From Psammoneis japonica (Eukaryota): a DNA stretch of 64,000 nt. Below the pieces are notes generated by a model. The model was not told the origin of the DNA and did no database searches. It worked only from the letters and a program-made list of their open reading frames with translations. Within the stretch, counting starts at the first letter, position 1, and each line of letters begins with the position of its first letter. The stretch covers positions 62,001 to 126,000 of the forward strand of contig QPGO01000089.1 in NCBI GenBank assembly GCA_008632985.1, in the 5' to 3' direction. The position numbers and the translations under genes were made by a program. Below, one piece after another: positions 38,001 through 49,052 of the stretch.

Positions 38001-38159
38001 TGGGTCGTCTACAAACTGAACAATATATGTCTTCACAGAAGCATCGTCACCGTCTGGAACAGCTTTCTTAGGAAATATTTCTGGTTCTTCCAGAGCAATC
38101 CAGTCGTCGCCGAATGCTGCACGACAGAGACTCAGCGCGATCCAGAATGGAAGCTTCAT
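35100..38159 (-). CDS. Subtilisin-like S8 serine protease, copy 2 (tandem paralogue)
   Basis: Intronless 1019 aa, colinear with copy 1 and with the same catalytic triad. Shared upstream flank (gagaagcgattgttggatt..ttcagtttctg) and downstream flank (cagaagcaatcacacg.aaca.ggtaccata). Confidence 0.93.
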   Translation of the reverse strand: MKLPFWIALSLCRAAFGDDWIALEEPEIFPKKAVPDGDDASVKTYIVQFVDDPVSVHHETKPSENRKLETQSRKVMEYVSYLERIQDEAIESCGGTKVWSYTYAFNGASIKLTEAEASRMAQEENVISVTPDEIRHVETDNSASFSGFSGPGGPWSLGYSGEDIVVGIIDSGIVPEISSFSDVPTPINGDLGERIAYGPPPAGFSGRECDFGFDAFNSNDTPFSCNNKLLTAKCFVAGFSQVANRNLPCGGDGARIAPNEFLSARDADAHGTHTAGTAAGNFLEEAEVDGEIVRGISGMAPRARLAVYKACWIAKGGTSQTCVLSDVVAAIDQALADGVDVINYSIGSLNFATFSNIDDMAFLNAVDAGVFVATSAGNGGAGGPRTMSSPAVVPWLTAVAAGTDAGVVEFVIEILDPPSIAGNYSATEADSTVRMADINATNITFEVVVADPPNACELLDNGDLSGKAVLVIRGGCLFTDKFNFAAEAGASAILVYNDGTEPDRFGRLRMTAQNTTIPGLFLSFGDGSLLARALNETAVSFSYSTVPQENRVAAFSSRGPNRAGAASIIKPDIIAPGVDILAAGDDSFISISGTSMASPHVAGLFALLKQAHPTWTAAMAKSAIMTSARQDITIGMDKEPTTPFDIGSGHIVPSGAFNPGLVYDAGFFEYIGFLCDLEPSRLYLCQRQEVFGIDTVSQSNLNYPSIGVEKFVASKTIVRTVTCVTESNSTETFEVSIDAPLGLSVVVTPDNLTLSDGESASYEVELSSADGAIPDEWHFGSLTWRSVGNTTEYSIRSPIAVFVNDFETPTQIVGNNLTGSVSFDVEFGYTGNYSADLYGFNSSTVQEEVVEDDPFNRYSFNNPIGVRRFEFKFEPTIGFVRFSLFDQYTDGNHDLDLFVWECSLATLGDRGGCIQVGVSGTASSDEVVDLINPDSSKIYVVDVHAFQTQGPDARFFLFAWALDSSAGNAQINAPAAAQAGAVLPITVNWSNLDSSPLGAVIHTGPDGRLLGHTIITIQV

Positions 38160-38939
38160 TACTGAAAAGAGAAGCGATTGTTGGATTTCTTCAGTTTCTG
38201 ATCGTATCGGTATTTTGTGAGACGAGACTAAGCAGGTTGCATGATAAGGTCTTTGTCATGGCCAAAGCTAGCGCGATTTGTTTTTGTTGCAGTTATCAAC
38301 GCGCATCCGAGCGTTGGAGTTGTGCCAACCGAAATCGCCAACGCGTTGCGAAAATACAAAAAGCTATGGCATTGAATACTTGACTTTACGTTAACGCATC
38401 CGTTGGAAAAACGAATACCGATAGTACATTTTTTTGAAATTTTGAATAAACAATCAGAACTGTTTATATATTTTTTCCGAATGACGTGAACCTCGTTATT
38501 CTCATGTGCACGAAACAGAATAAACGCCGAACCCCAAGCGAATGAATCGCAACCAAACTGTGAACACTTACTGTACTGGTGCCAAGCAACACATCACGAC
38601 GTGTGCACTCATTGACTGGGAATTTGGCAAAGCAAGCGTGCAATCTTGCAGCTTTCCTGCTGTCATCAGGATGAGCAACAAGGTTTTGCACCCAAGAACA
38701 AACTTTTCTCCTTTTTCACAGACACCAAGCAGCTGCTCTTGACCTTCACTTTGCACAACAGGTGCAGCATCATCAGAGAAAAATGTCCTTCCAATCTCTG
38801 AAGCAAGCGGGCGGCAACCGCACATTTCAAAAAAGCCCGCGAGAACACTGACTCAAAAATCTGCCAACCTCAACCATCACAAACGAGGTAATGCCATTCT
38901 GCGTTGGGCTTGTGAAAGAATAGCCCTCGTGGATTAAAG

Positions 38940-40360
38940 ATGAAGGGGAAAAGCTACATTGCGTTTGTTTTGTTCTTGATAATATCAGCCTGTTATGAAG
39001 ACGTCGAAGGGTTTTCTTCGGTCGTTGGTTCAACGAGAATCAGATGGAATTCATTGCGATTGCATGCCGACGACGGACGCTATTGGTCTTGGTGTAACCG
39101 GCATCGCTTCTGTACTGGGAGGGAGTCAGCAAGCTTCTGCCTTTCCGTTTGGCGACAAGGACTCTCCATGCAAACCCGCCACTCGGCCCATGGCATATCG
39201 CGTGGACTCCACCGAGCCACCGACACTGCTTCTTCTCAATGCGAGAAAAGAAACTGCAGCTCTCAAGGGTATCGGACGTGGACTGGGTACCAGTAAGGAT
39301 TCTGTCATTGATGATCGAATCAATTTAAACTACGTTCTCAACAAGGCGGTTTACGGAACGATTGATGCGGTCAACTCTGTCGTTGCTCCAAAGGGCGATG
39401 AATCAAAATCTGGACCGGGGTATGCGTCGTTTGTATGCATGGGAGTTCCAAAAGACATTAGCAGTGACGATATTGACTTGACTCTTAGTCTGTTGAATGA
39501 AATTGCAAAGGCACGTAGCACCAGCGATGACATGGCCTTGGGCTTGTCGTTTGCACCCCTTAGCACACAGAGTGCGCTCGACAGCTACACTCAAAATGGC
39601 AATGAACAAACTCTCACGGAAGCCATGACGAAATCGTCCGTGTCAGAATCAACTCTACAACTATACTTGCCCTTGATGAGATTTGCTCAATCTCGCAACG
39701 TTGCCCTCTTGGCGTTGGCACCCGAAGCCGAGGATATTGAGACGGTTCGCAGTCAGGGACTTCAAAATGTCAATGTCGATCGCCGTGCCAACTACGTAGC
39801 AGACTCGGAAGGCTTTATAAGTTTGACGCAGGATCCGAAATTCAAGCTGTACGCGGATGGATCTCTCTTGAAGGATTTCAACCCCGACGCATCGAACAAA
39901 CAGGATAATCAGGGTAATTTCTTTGCGGAACGAATCTTGGTGCACGAGACTGCCGCCACGCTGCCGCCAGACCCGAATCGTTGGTAGCCATGGTTGTTCC
40001 GACTCCTGACGTTCGGTTCCTTGGTGGCTTCAATGGAAGAATTCCTCGTCTTTGTCAATTCTTTAATCCAGAGACAAACGAGGTGAACGAAGAAGCAATT
40101 ACAACGATACTCTTAAACCCGACAGCCAAGGTACGTCAAGTCAGTATGTGTGCCCTAAGATTGTAGAATTGTTGTGCTTTAGCATAATTGCTGTCTGTGG
40201 TTTCTGCTGAATGCGACAGGAGACTTTGTCGTTGAGCCAATACCTGCGGCTTGAAATCGGAACAGCTCCAGACACTTGGCAATGTCAGAGCAAAGTTGCA
40301 GACTATCTTTGGTTTTTGACAATGCCCAAAGTCAACATCATCCCACGTCTAATGAACTAG
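38940..40360 (+). pseudogene. Plastid/thylakoid-type protein with a ChaN (DUF399)-like domain, with two frame disruptions
   Basis: Signal peptide MKGKSYIAFVLFLIISA. Frame changes at ~39070 and ~39965. Motifs 'LYLPLMRFAQSRNVALLALAPEAEDIETVRSQGLQNV' and 'FFAERILVHE'. Intron 40131-40219; ends KVADYLWF...PRLMN*. Confidence 0.6.
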
Positions 40361-41199
40361 CTATTACTCTAGTAGAGAGCATTTCTTTTTCACTGTCACG
40401 CGCGCCTGCAGCAAAGTAGCAGCTCGCTTGTGGTTGGACTCTAGAGTGTTGAGTCGTAGCAAAAGCACTCTCTTCTCCCAACCCAAAGCTGGACAGCAGT
40501 GCCAAAGGTAGGAGAGGTCAGAGCATTGTCTTTGCTTTTCAAAAATATGAAGAGAGGAAGCACAACAACCATGTCAGCCAGCTGCGGAGAAAAGTGCGGG
40601 GGCTCTCCGGCGTCCGCGCTTGGTGTTCAACCTTTTTTTTTTTGGCGAGACCGACATCTCTCTAGATCTCTAGTAGAGGGTACTCCGTAATCCCTCTAGG
40701 CGGTATCATCCTCCTTCAACTTGCCGTTTGTTACAAGTAGTACAGACAGTACGCCTTTCGTTGCGGTGTTCTGTCTTTCCCATTGAAGACATACACGACA
40801 AGATTCCTTCAGCATGGCAAGCCTCCTTAAAAAGCTCCCGGCGGAAGAGTTTATAAAGAATATTCTCATTTTCCGCGACGACACCGTATATCGGTTTTAG
40901 GGAAGATGATAGGTTTGAGTCCAATCGCTTTCGTGCACATGTAACGACAGCACACTGCTCGATTCTTAAGAAGAAGAAGAAGCCGAGTTCTCATCCGAAT
41001 GTGGGCAGCATGGGAAAGAACACACGCGTAGATGAATTTGGTGGATGGATAGAATGATCTTGTCAATTCTTGGTCGATTCTATTGTTTCTGACCAATCCC
41101 CCATTGCACGCAAACGCGACCTTACTGAGCTTGCCCTTTTTGAACTCAATCATGATCATTCTGACCATGACCATGGCCATTTTCTCTTTGCGCTAGACA

Positions 41200-44100
41200 G
41201 TTGCTTTCCTTCATCACAACTGCAAGCCCATCTTCTGGGGTACAAATCACCACATCCCATCAGCTGATCAAAGAATCCCAAAGAGGCATTCTTGTCAATT
41301 GGACAACCCTGGTGTTCCACAAACAGCTTGCTCTGCAGGATCATGGTCATCACATCATCAACTCCAGCCGGCTCAGCTTCTGTGCTGCTTTGGGCACTGA
41401 GCGCCTGCTGTTTGAACATTGTCTGTGCCCCTCCATCACCCATGGTCACAACTCCCCCTGTGTGGCTCTTAAAGTCCAGGTTCACTGCAAATGATGTGTT
41501 CACATGCCACTTGACAACTTGGAGGTCCTTCATTCCATGTCCAGTTCAAACATTTGACACAATGGACTGGTTTGCCCAATCCTTGTTGGTGAGTTCACTC
41601 ACTTGCATGTGCAATGCAGCAACAGTGGGGTGCACATCTGTGTGACCCCTCTTGGAAACAAACAGTCACTTGGCCACCCCTCTGTGGTGGAAGGGTTGTG
41701 CTTTCTTGGTCAGCAGTTGCGTGCTGCCAGCATCAAAAACAGGTTCTCTGCAGCTGGCATCATGGTGACATCCCCACATTCTTGATCATCTCTGGGAACT
41801 TGTCAAGCATCTTCTTGATGCAGCCACTCATGTTGACCTTCACTTTGCCCTTTGCACTGAAATCCAGCATCATCCCCAGGCAGTTGTGCCTCTTTCCTTG
41901 AATGACAATGACCTCATTGTGGCCTCTGCACATCTTGTTGAGCCAGCTCAAGAATTTGCCATTGACCTTTGGGTTCCTGTGGCTTGACAACAGGTTGCCC
42001 ACATGGAAATGAATCATGTGCTGTTTGCCATTGACATTTACATTGGCAATGCATGGATCACACAGGTTGAACTTGAGCCCAATTTTTTCCAAGTCTTTGC
42101 AGAATTGCTTGTGCCACAGCAGAGCCATGGCTGACATGCCACATGCAGCCCTGATGACTTGAACATGGAGGGTGACTCTCTTCCCTTTTCCAGCCAGGAG
42201 CACACATGGTCCATGTGGGTTGGGGATCAATGCTCACAAGTGCGTCAACCAACACTCCTGCAATCTTCATTGTGATCTGGTCTTTGCCCTTCTTGGTGGG
42301 CTTTGGTGGGGTCAAAGTCTGCACAAATGCATTGGGCACATCAGTGCTCATTGCGTCATGCCCTTCTGTGCCAGCATCAACACAGGCTGTCATTGGCGTT
42401 CTCTCTGGTGGCGACACCATTGGGCTGGCTGAAATGTCTTTGTCTGGCCATTGTCTTGTTGGGCTCTCATTGTGAGCCATTTGTGCTCTTTTCCATGACC
42501 ATCTTGCTTCTCCACAAGGAACACAAGAGCTGCCGCAGCCCTTTTCCTCTTGGTCAGAGTTGCATCTTTAACTGACACATTGGTGCAAAGCACACACTCT
42601 GTCATGGAGTTGTCCAATCTCCTGGCATCATGTGCCCTTTCTTGCCAAATGCTTTTTTGGGCCTTTGCGGCTGCAGGAAATGCTTCTGGGCAAAGGAAAC
42701 ACCCTTTCCTGATTGGAGCTGGTCATTGATCTTGCACATGGTGAACCGCGCCATTGTCATTCCCACATTTGAATTGTGCTCCATGTCATCCTTTGGGTTT
42801 GGACTCATGTTTGTTGTCAAATGGTGGCAGCACTCAAGCCACTCCATTCACACTCCACTTCAGTGGTGTTTGCCACTCCTGCAAACTAGACCTTTTTCTT
42901 CTTGTTGTTTGCCTGCAGGTGTGCGCCAGTGTGCCATCCTCTTGGGTTCATCTTCCAATTTGTTTTCATCTTGGGAATCATCATGTCTTGCAACTCATCA
43001 CTGTCCTTTTTTGCTTTGATGTCATCATCATCACAACAATTGCTTTTGGCACTTTTGCTCTCATGCTCCTGTTGACTGGGGCTAGATCTCATGTTTGTGA
43101 GCATCTCACTCACTTCCTCACATTCGTTGTCTGGGTCTTCTTCTTCATGATCTTGGCCATCTGGGTTGTCCTTATTTTCTTTCTCATTGTTGTTGCTGTC
43201 ACTGTCATTGTCAGTGTTGTCTGCTCCTGCAGTCCAATCAGCATCACACAGGTTGTCTCCACACTTGCCTGCAGATTTAACATCTTTGATGCCTTGTTTG
43301 GTGATGCCATCTTTTTGACCACTTGTGCACGTGTGTTGGCAAGGGGTGCAGCAGTGCCCTTGCAAGGGTTCTCAGGAATTTCTTCATGTGCAGGTTTGTG
43401 GTGCAGCATCTGCTTTTTGGATTGTCAAAGTGTGGTTGCAGATGAATGCTGACAGTGCCTCATGTGTCCATTGTGCTTGTTGGATCATTCTCAGCATGAG
43501 ACAGGACAAATTCTCCAAATGAAAACTAAAAGTGTTTGTTGCAGTTGAGGTTTCTGCATTGGGTGGTGGTGTGTGGGCTGTTTGAGTGTCAGAAATTCCT
43601 TCCTTTTGTGAGCGCATGTCAGCCATGACAGTGTTCTTGATTGTGGCATGCTTGCACACTAACTTGGGTCATGCCTTGTGTGGTGGGTGGTGGGTGCAGT
43701 GGCTCGAGTTTGCTCCTTGATGTTTTTGATGCTCTGCTCAACTTCCAAAACACAATCCTTGGCATTTGTGCCAAAAACATGGCCGCCGGTGTTTGCAGAA
43801 ATCAACTCCAGATTCATGCCATCAGCAACTTCCTGCAGAATCTTCTTGAACTTGGAATTGCATTCAACAAAATTGATCTTGAACAAAGCCATGTTGTGCT
43901 GTCACAGAGCTGCATCCAGGGCACAGCACACATTGTCATGCCACTTGGACTTCAGTTTCATGCTTGATTGGCATTTGACCATCTTGCAATCATGTGCTTC
44001 AGTTTAACTCTGTGTGCTTCCATGATGTCAATGCAGGGCATCATGCCCTCTCTTTGCCACTTGCAAATCTCCAGAGGAATCACAATCATGTTGTTCCTCT

Positions 44101-46300
44101 CATGGGAATGACATGCTTGTTTGATCTTGCCTTTCAAGGCATCCATTGGTTGGCTCCACACAGCCACCATCTTGTCCATGATGTCTTTGGGTGCAAAGGA
44201 CAAAAGTTCTTCTTCACCTGAATGGATCATAAAAATTGCTTCAAGTCCCTCACACTTGGAATTCCAGCCTTGTGATGCAGTCTCAGCATGTGCTCAGCAT
44301 TCGCTGCCTCCCTCTTGGAGCAGCCTGTGGCACTCTGATCCATGGCCAGAACTGTGGTTCCTGATGCACCCCTGTGCTCCTTCTTCTTCTTCTTCTTCTT
44401 CTTCAACAGCATGCTCACATGAGACTCTTTCTCTTGAAGCTCATTGACACAGCACAAAAACTTCTCATTGGGTGTGAAAGCACACAGCCTGATGTCACCT
44501 TTGACACCACAAAACCTGCTTGCCAGTCTTTGCATCCAGCAGACAGAACTCATCTGAAGTGTGGTTGTTGCATGTGATGCAGCACTTTTTTCTTCACATC
44601 CTTCAAACTCAGAACATTTGCTGTTGCATTCTCTGACCCAAGCTTTGTGTCTCCCCATGATGGCGTGGCACAGTCTTTGTCCAGTGTGCCCACTCCTGTG
44701 TTTGTGGGCAGATGAGCATTGTTCTTTGCCAGTTGCACAGTGTGCACAAACCTGCCATGCTGAGGGTCAATCATTGTTGAGGATGAGCTCATCCATCTTG
44801 ATGTCCATGTTGGCTTGCATCATGCTTGTTTCTGGTTGCTCACTTGTGAGTTGCAGCCTGTGCCATGCAGCACATCTGCTTCTGGCAGAACAGCTTGGTC
44901 TGTTGGATCTTGTGGTGTTGATGCTTGCGCTGTTGCCATCCACAAGTCTGTGCATGACTGTGTCCCCTGATGTCCAGCTTCTGTCCTGTGTCCTGAAACC
45001 AGTTGTTTTGCACTGCATTGCCCTTGTGCAAGCAGCTTGGGGACTTGTGGCCTTTTCTGCCACAACAGTGGTGCGCACTGTGGCATCACTTTGGTTGCTG
45101 TTCTGGGCATGGCTCTGGTCTTTGCTGTTGTCATTGTCACCATCCTCCTTCTTCTTGCCCTTTTCATTGCTGTTTCTTGTCCTGATGCAGCTGTCCTTTG
45201 GATGGCCCAGCAATGTGTTTGCAGCTGTCTCCATGGTCTTTGGGCAGGAGGCATCCTTGTCTGGACTGCAGTCCCTCACAAAGCTGTTCTTGAGGTCCTT
45301 GCAACAATGATTGTTGCTGTGTGATCTGAGAACAGGTGTGTCATCCACTTCTTGCATGCCCCATCCTTTGGCTGTCTCTGAGTGTCATGATCTGCTTCTT
45401 GACATTGTTTTGTGTTGGCGATGAACCCATCCAACATTGTCTTTCCCTGGACTTTGCTCACAGCATCCTGCTGGTTCTTGAACCTTGACAAACAGTCATC
45501 TCCTGTTCTTTTTTCTCTTGCTGCCTCACATCCGTCAGGAGGTTCTTCAGTGACTTGCTTGGTCAGCATGTGGAATGGATGACAACCTCTCATTGAGTCA
45601 AATGTCAGGGTCTGAATTGGCTTTGACAGCTCAATCAGATTGTCTCTGAGTGCAAGACAGGCTGGATCATGTTGCACTTGTTGCCTCATTTGCCTGGAGC
45701 AACAGTCATCCCATGTTGTGGAGAATGCAACAGCCTCGCTCTCTTTGAACTGCACAATTTTCTTGTGGCTGTCATGCAATTCCTCCATGCACCTCCACTC
45801 CAGCTCCTCGTTTTTGCACTCACACTGTTTTGGCAAGCTTTGGCAATTGGCATTTCCTGGACCTGGTGCTGTCTTTTGGGACATCTTCAGAGCAGGCTTC
45901 TTGGAGTTAAAGTCCTTGCATTTTGTGTCCTCTGGCAATCTTGCCAGATGGACTCCTTGCTCATTTTCCTTCTGCACATGTCAAATGATCCATTCAACAT
46001 TGAAGGATGGAAGTTCAGCTCAGACTGAGAGCACTTCTTGTTGTTGGGACTGTCTGACCTGTGACTCTTGTCTCAGCCATCTCTGTCTTGGCTGCCAACT
46101 TGGCCAGATTGCTTGCCACTCCCTCTGCCGCTCATGGCACAGGAGATCTCAGCTCATCTTTGGAGTGAATGTTAAACCAGCAAGTTGGTGTTGCCAAAAA
46201 GGAATCCTGCTGGGCTTCCTGTGCTGCTTGTTGTTGCACTTGCCTCAGTTTCTGCATTGGCTTTGGGTTGCCTGTGTCGCCAATGCAAAACCTCCAAACT
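41200..46300 (-). mobile_element. Old, heavily mutated Ty1/copia retrotransposon (gag-pol remnants)
   Basis: RNase H 'KWHVNTSFAVNLDFKSHTGG...SAQSSTEAEPAGVDD'. RT 'STDVPNAFVQT...LHVQVIRAACGM...LLWHKQFCKDLEKIGLKFNLCDPCIAN...FHVGNLLSSH...HNCLGMMLDFS'. gag-like remnants at 45276-45977. LTRs not identified. Confidence 0.8.
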
Positions 46301-46309
46301 GACAACACA

Positions 46310-46420
46310 ACAGGCACCTGTTGATGCTGCACAAACCAACAAATGGCTCACTTGAAAGAACAAAAAAAAAAACAGGCACCTGTTGATGCTGCGCAAACCA
46401 ACAAATGGCTCACTTGAAAG
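46310..46420. repeat. Tandem ~62-bp duplication
   Basis: acaggcacctgttgatgctgc(a/g)caaaccaacaaatggctcacttgaaaga occurs twice, separated by an A-run. Confidence 0.8.
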
Positions 46421-47835
46421 AGCAAAAACAAAACAAAAAAAAAGGCAGGGGATCAATGACAGTGGCACACTCTTGTCAAAGATCACCATCATTCTTTGCT
46501 GTGCCAGGATTCAAAATTTCTTTTTTTTCAACATTTCCAGGTCCCACATCTGGGTGTCCCAACAATTTCACCCAGTCAACTTTTTCTCTCCTCTCTCAGC
46601 AAAGTCTGATGCAGTGTCAGCAGGCAACCACAAATTCACTTGGTCCATTGTGTGCTGTGACTTGTGCCGCAATTGTTTTTTTTGTCATTTCTGTGAGACT
46701 TTCTCACAAATTTCATTTGATCAATTTCTGCTTTCTTTGTCCCAACTCAAGTTGACAGGGTGGGAGTTGTGTGCACACCCCGCAGGTGAGGAGCACTGGA
46801 TGCAGCCATGGGGAATTCTCCTGAGCACCTTGTGACTCCCTTTCTCAGTTCAAGAATGGCAGCAGACAGAGAGGAAAAGTGCCAGATCCCTTTTCCAGCA
46901 ATTTTGAAGACTTTGCTGGTGATGAAAAAGAGCAAGAGGCCATTTCTTCTCACTGATCACAGCACAGTGCAGGGAGAATGTGGAGCTGCTGCTGGCAATG
47001 ACTCTCTTTGCAAACAATGAGCAGAAGGTGTGATGTTGCAAGGAAAAAGACATTTGCGCTTGTGTTGCTCTCAAATGCAGTCACAAACAACTGAAATGTT
47101 TTTGAAAATGGGGGGGGGTGCAATTTTGAATCTGCGCAATTTTTTTCAGGTCAACATAAAACACAAAACAGGGAGGCCAACTTGCAACAATGCAAAGCAG
47201 TGCATGCCACAGCATGTGTGGGCAAATGAACAACACAAAAGCAATGAGAAAACACAGCAATTGCAGCTCAGAGACAGACCAGTCTCTGAGTGAGCAGACA
47301 CCAATGATGACAAGGCATGCAGAGACATTGTCAAGGGCAAGAGACCACATCAAAGAAAAAGCAATGCAAACATCATGCTTGAATTTGATGCAAAGCAATT
47401 GGAGGAAACAGCCATGCTGTGTGAAGACAAAATTTGCTGCAAGTGTCACTGGGAGATTGTCGTCAAGCAAGATGGAAAACTGACTCCCACATTTTGCTTT
47501 TTCTCACAAGAGTGCAAGGGTGCAAGAAGACAAAGCAGCAACTCTCTGCTCTGAGGCCAACAGATGTTGCAAGCAAGCTTGAGAGCATCACCAAGAACAA
47601 GGGGTTCACAGAAAAAGAAGTTGTCACAAAGAAGGGAAAGTGTGCAAGAAACTTGAGCACTTTGCAGCAAGCAACTGGAACCCAGCAGAAGAAGACACAG
47701 GTGCAGGAGATGATGCAAAATGCCAAGAAAAAGCAAAGGATGGTTGATGAGAGCCAACAAGTTCTTCTGCAAGATGTTTGCAGAATGCAAACAAGATGTT
47801 GCTGCTGCAAGTGAATGGCTGCTCCTCTGCTGACA

Positions 47836-48111
47836 TGACAGGATTTGAACAGGATTTAGGTGCACGAGAAGCATCGCGCGCTGTTTGGTTTGCCGTGCAC
47901 AGTTTTGTGTGCTTTAGTTCCGCGCGTTCACGCACGATGTAGTTTGCTTTCGAGCCACAAGGCTCACAAGAATGATGACAGCAGCCCGATTGTACCGACT
48001 CACACGTCTTTCGGCTCCTGCAACGGTCTCTGAGCGGAGACTCATCTGCCATTTAGACAGCAGCAAGGAGCCATTGTTTGAATTTTTGCCAATTGCCTTC
48101 AATTTCTGTCA
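47836..48111 (+). repeat. 5' LTR
   Basis: Colinear with 54671-54946; TG...CA ends with a 6-bp terminal inverted repeat. Confidence 0.95.
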
Positions 48112-49052
48112 GATTGACAGTCTTGCTCATTGTCAACCCATTGAGCAACCGCCATCGTCGTCGTTGATTTACCAACGACGCTGTCTCAATTCTGCGTGGA
48201 CCTCCGTGTGTGTTCTACACACATCGGCAAGTCTGCGCGCATTCAACACCAGGGCATCGGCAGGAAGTTAACGTCACCGTCAAGTCTCCTCACCGCTGGA
48301 TGTCTGGATTGATTGTGCTGCCTTTGATCGCTGAAGACTTACATTCAACGGTCACATCCAAGTCTGTCCTTGATCAACATCCCTTGACACACCTGTTCCT
48401 TGGTCAACGGTCAAGAACCCCACATGTTCAAGGATCTCAGTCGCTGAAGACACATGTGTGCATGTGCATGTCTTCACGGCCAAGAACCTTTATCCACTCT
48501 TCGGACTGCGGTTTTGCCACCACTCTACAAGCACACCGAGTCCATTGCACCTGATCCACCCCGGACTGCTGGTGCTCTGCAGTTCCACCAGGTCCACGAG
48601 GACGACTGTGAGAGCAGGTGGCCGTGATTACAGCCTACGTTGGGGCGAGGGTGCTTTCCCGCGTTTGTTCGTTCGTCCACAGCGCCTGACGCCTACGTCA
48701 ACTGGCCAGCCTGATCGGGAAATCCAACCGACATAAAACAAGAACGGTTCGGGGGTCTTGTCCACCTCTAGTCAGCTCACCTGCAGGGGTTTACAACCCG
48801 CTACTCCGCTAGCAAGCAACCCAAAGCGCCACTGGCTGCGGGTTCGGACGTGCCGGCACAACTCTACGGACCGGATGGGAAGTTTAGCACTCAACAACGA
48901 ACGGGACAACAAAGCCCGGCGACTTCTGATTTTAAGACAGTTCAAGATTTCAAGTCAAGTCTGTTTCAAGTCAAGTCTATTCTCACCCAAGTTTCGAGTC
49001 TACCTTCGCTTCCCAACCAGAATTGATTGTCCTGACACCACTTTTGTCTACC

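Noticed and set aside
40499..41190. Possible gene fragment between the ChaN-like gene and the old copia
   Set aside because: Multiple stops in all frames and no identifiable family.
16142..46420. Short direct repeats (16142-16322, 30900-31390, 46310-46420) as CRISPR arrays
   Set aside because: There are only two copies or the copies are degenerate, with no repeat-spacer regularity and no cas genes, in a eukaryotic context.
48112..48130. Primer-binding site of the copia element (gattgacagtcttgctc)
   Set aside because: The position fits, but I cannot match it confidently to a tRNA, and it may itself be mutated.
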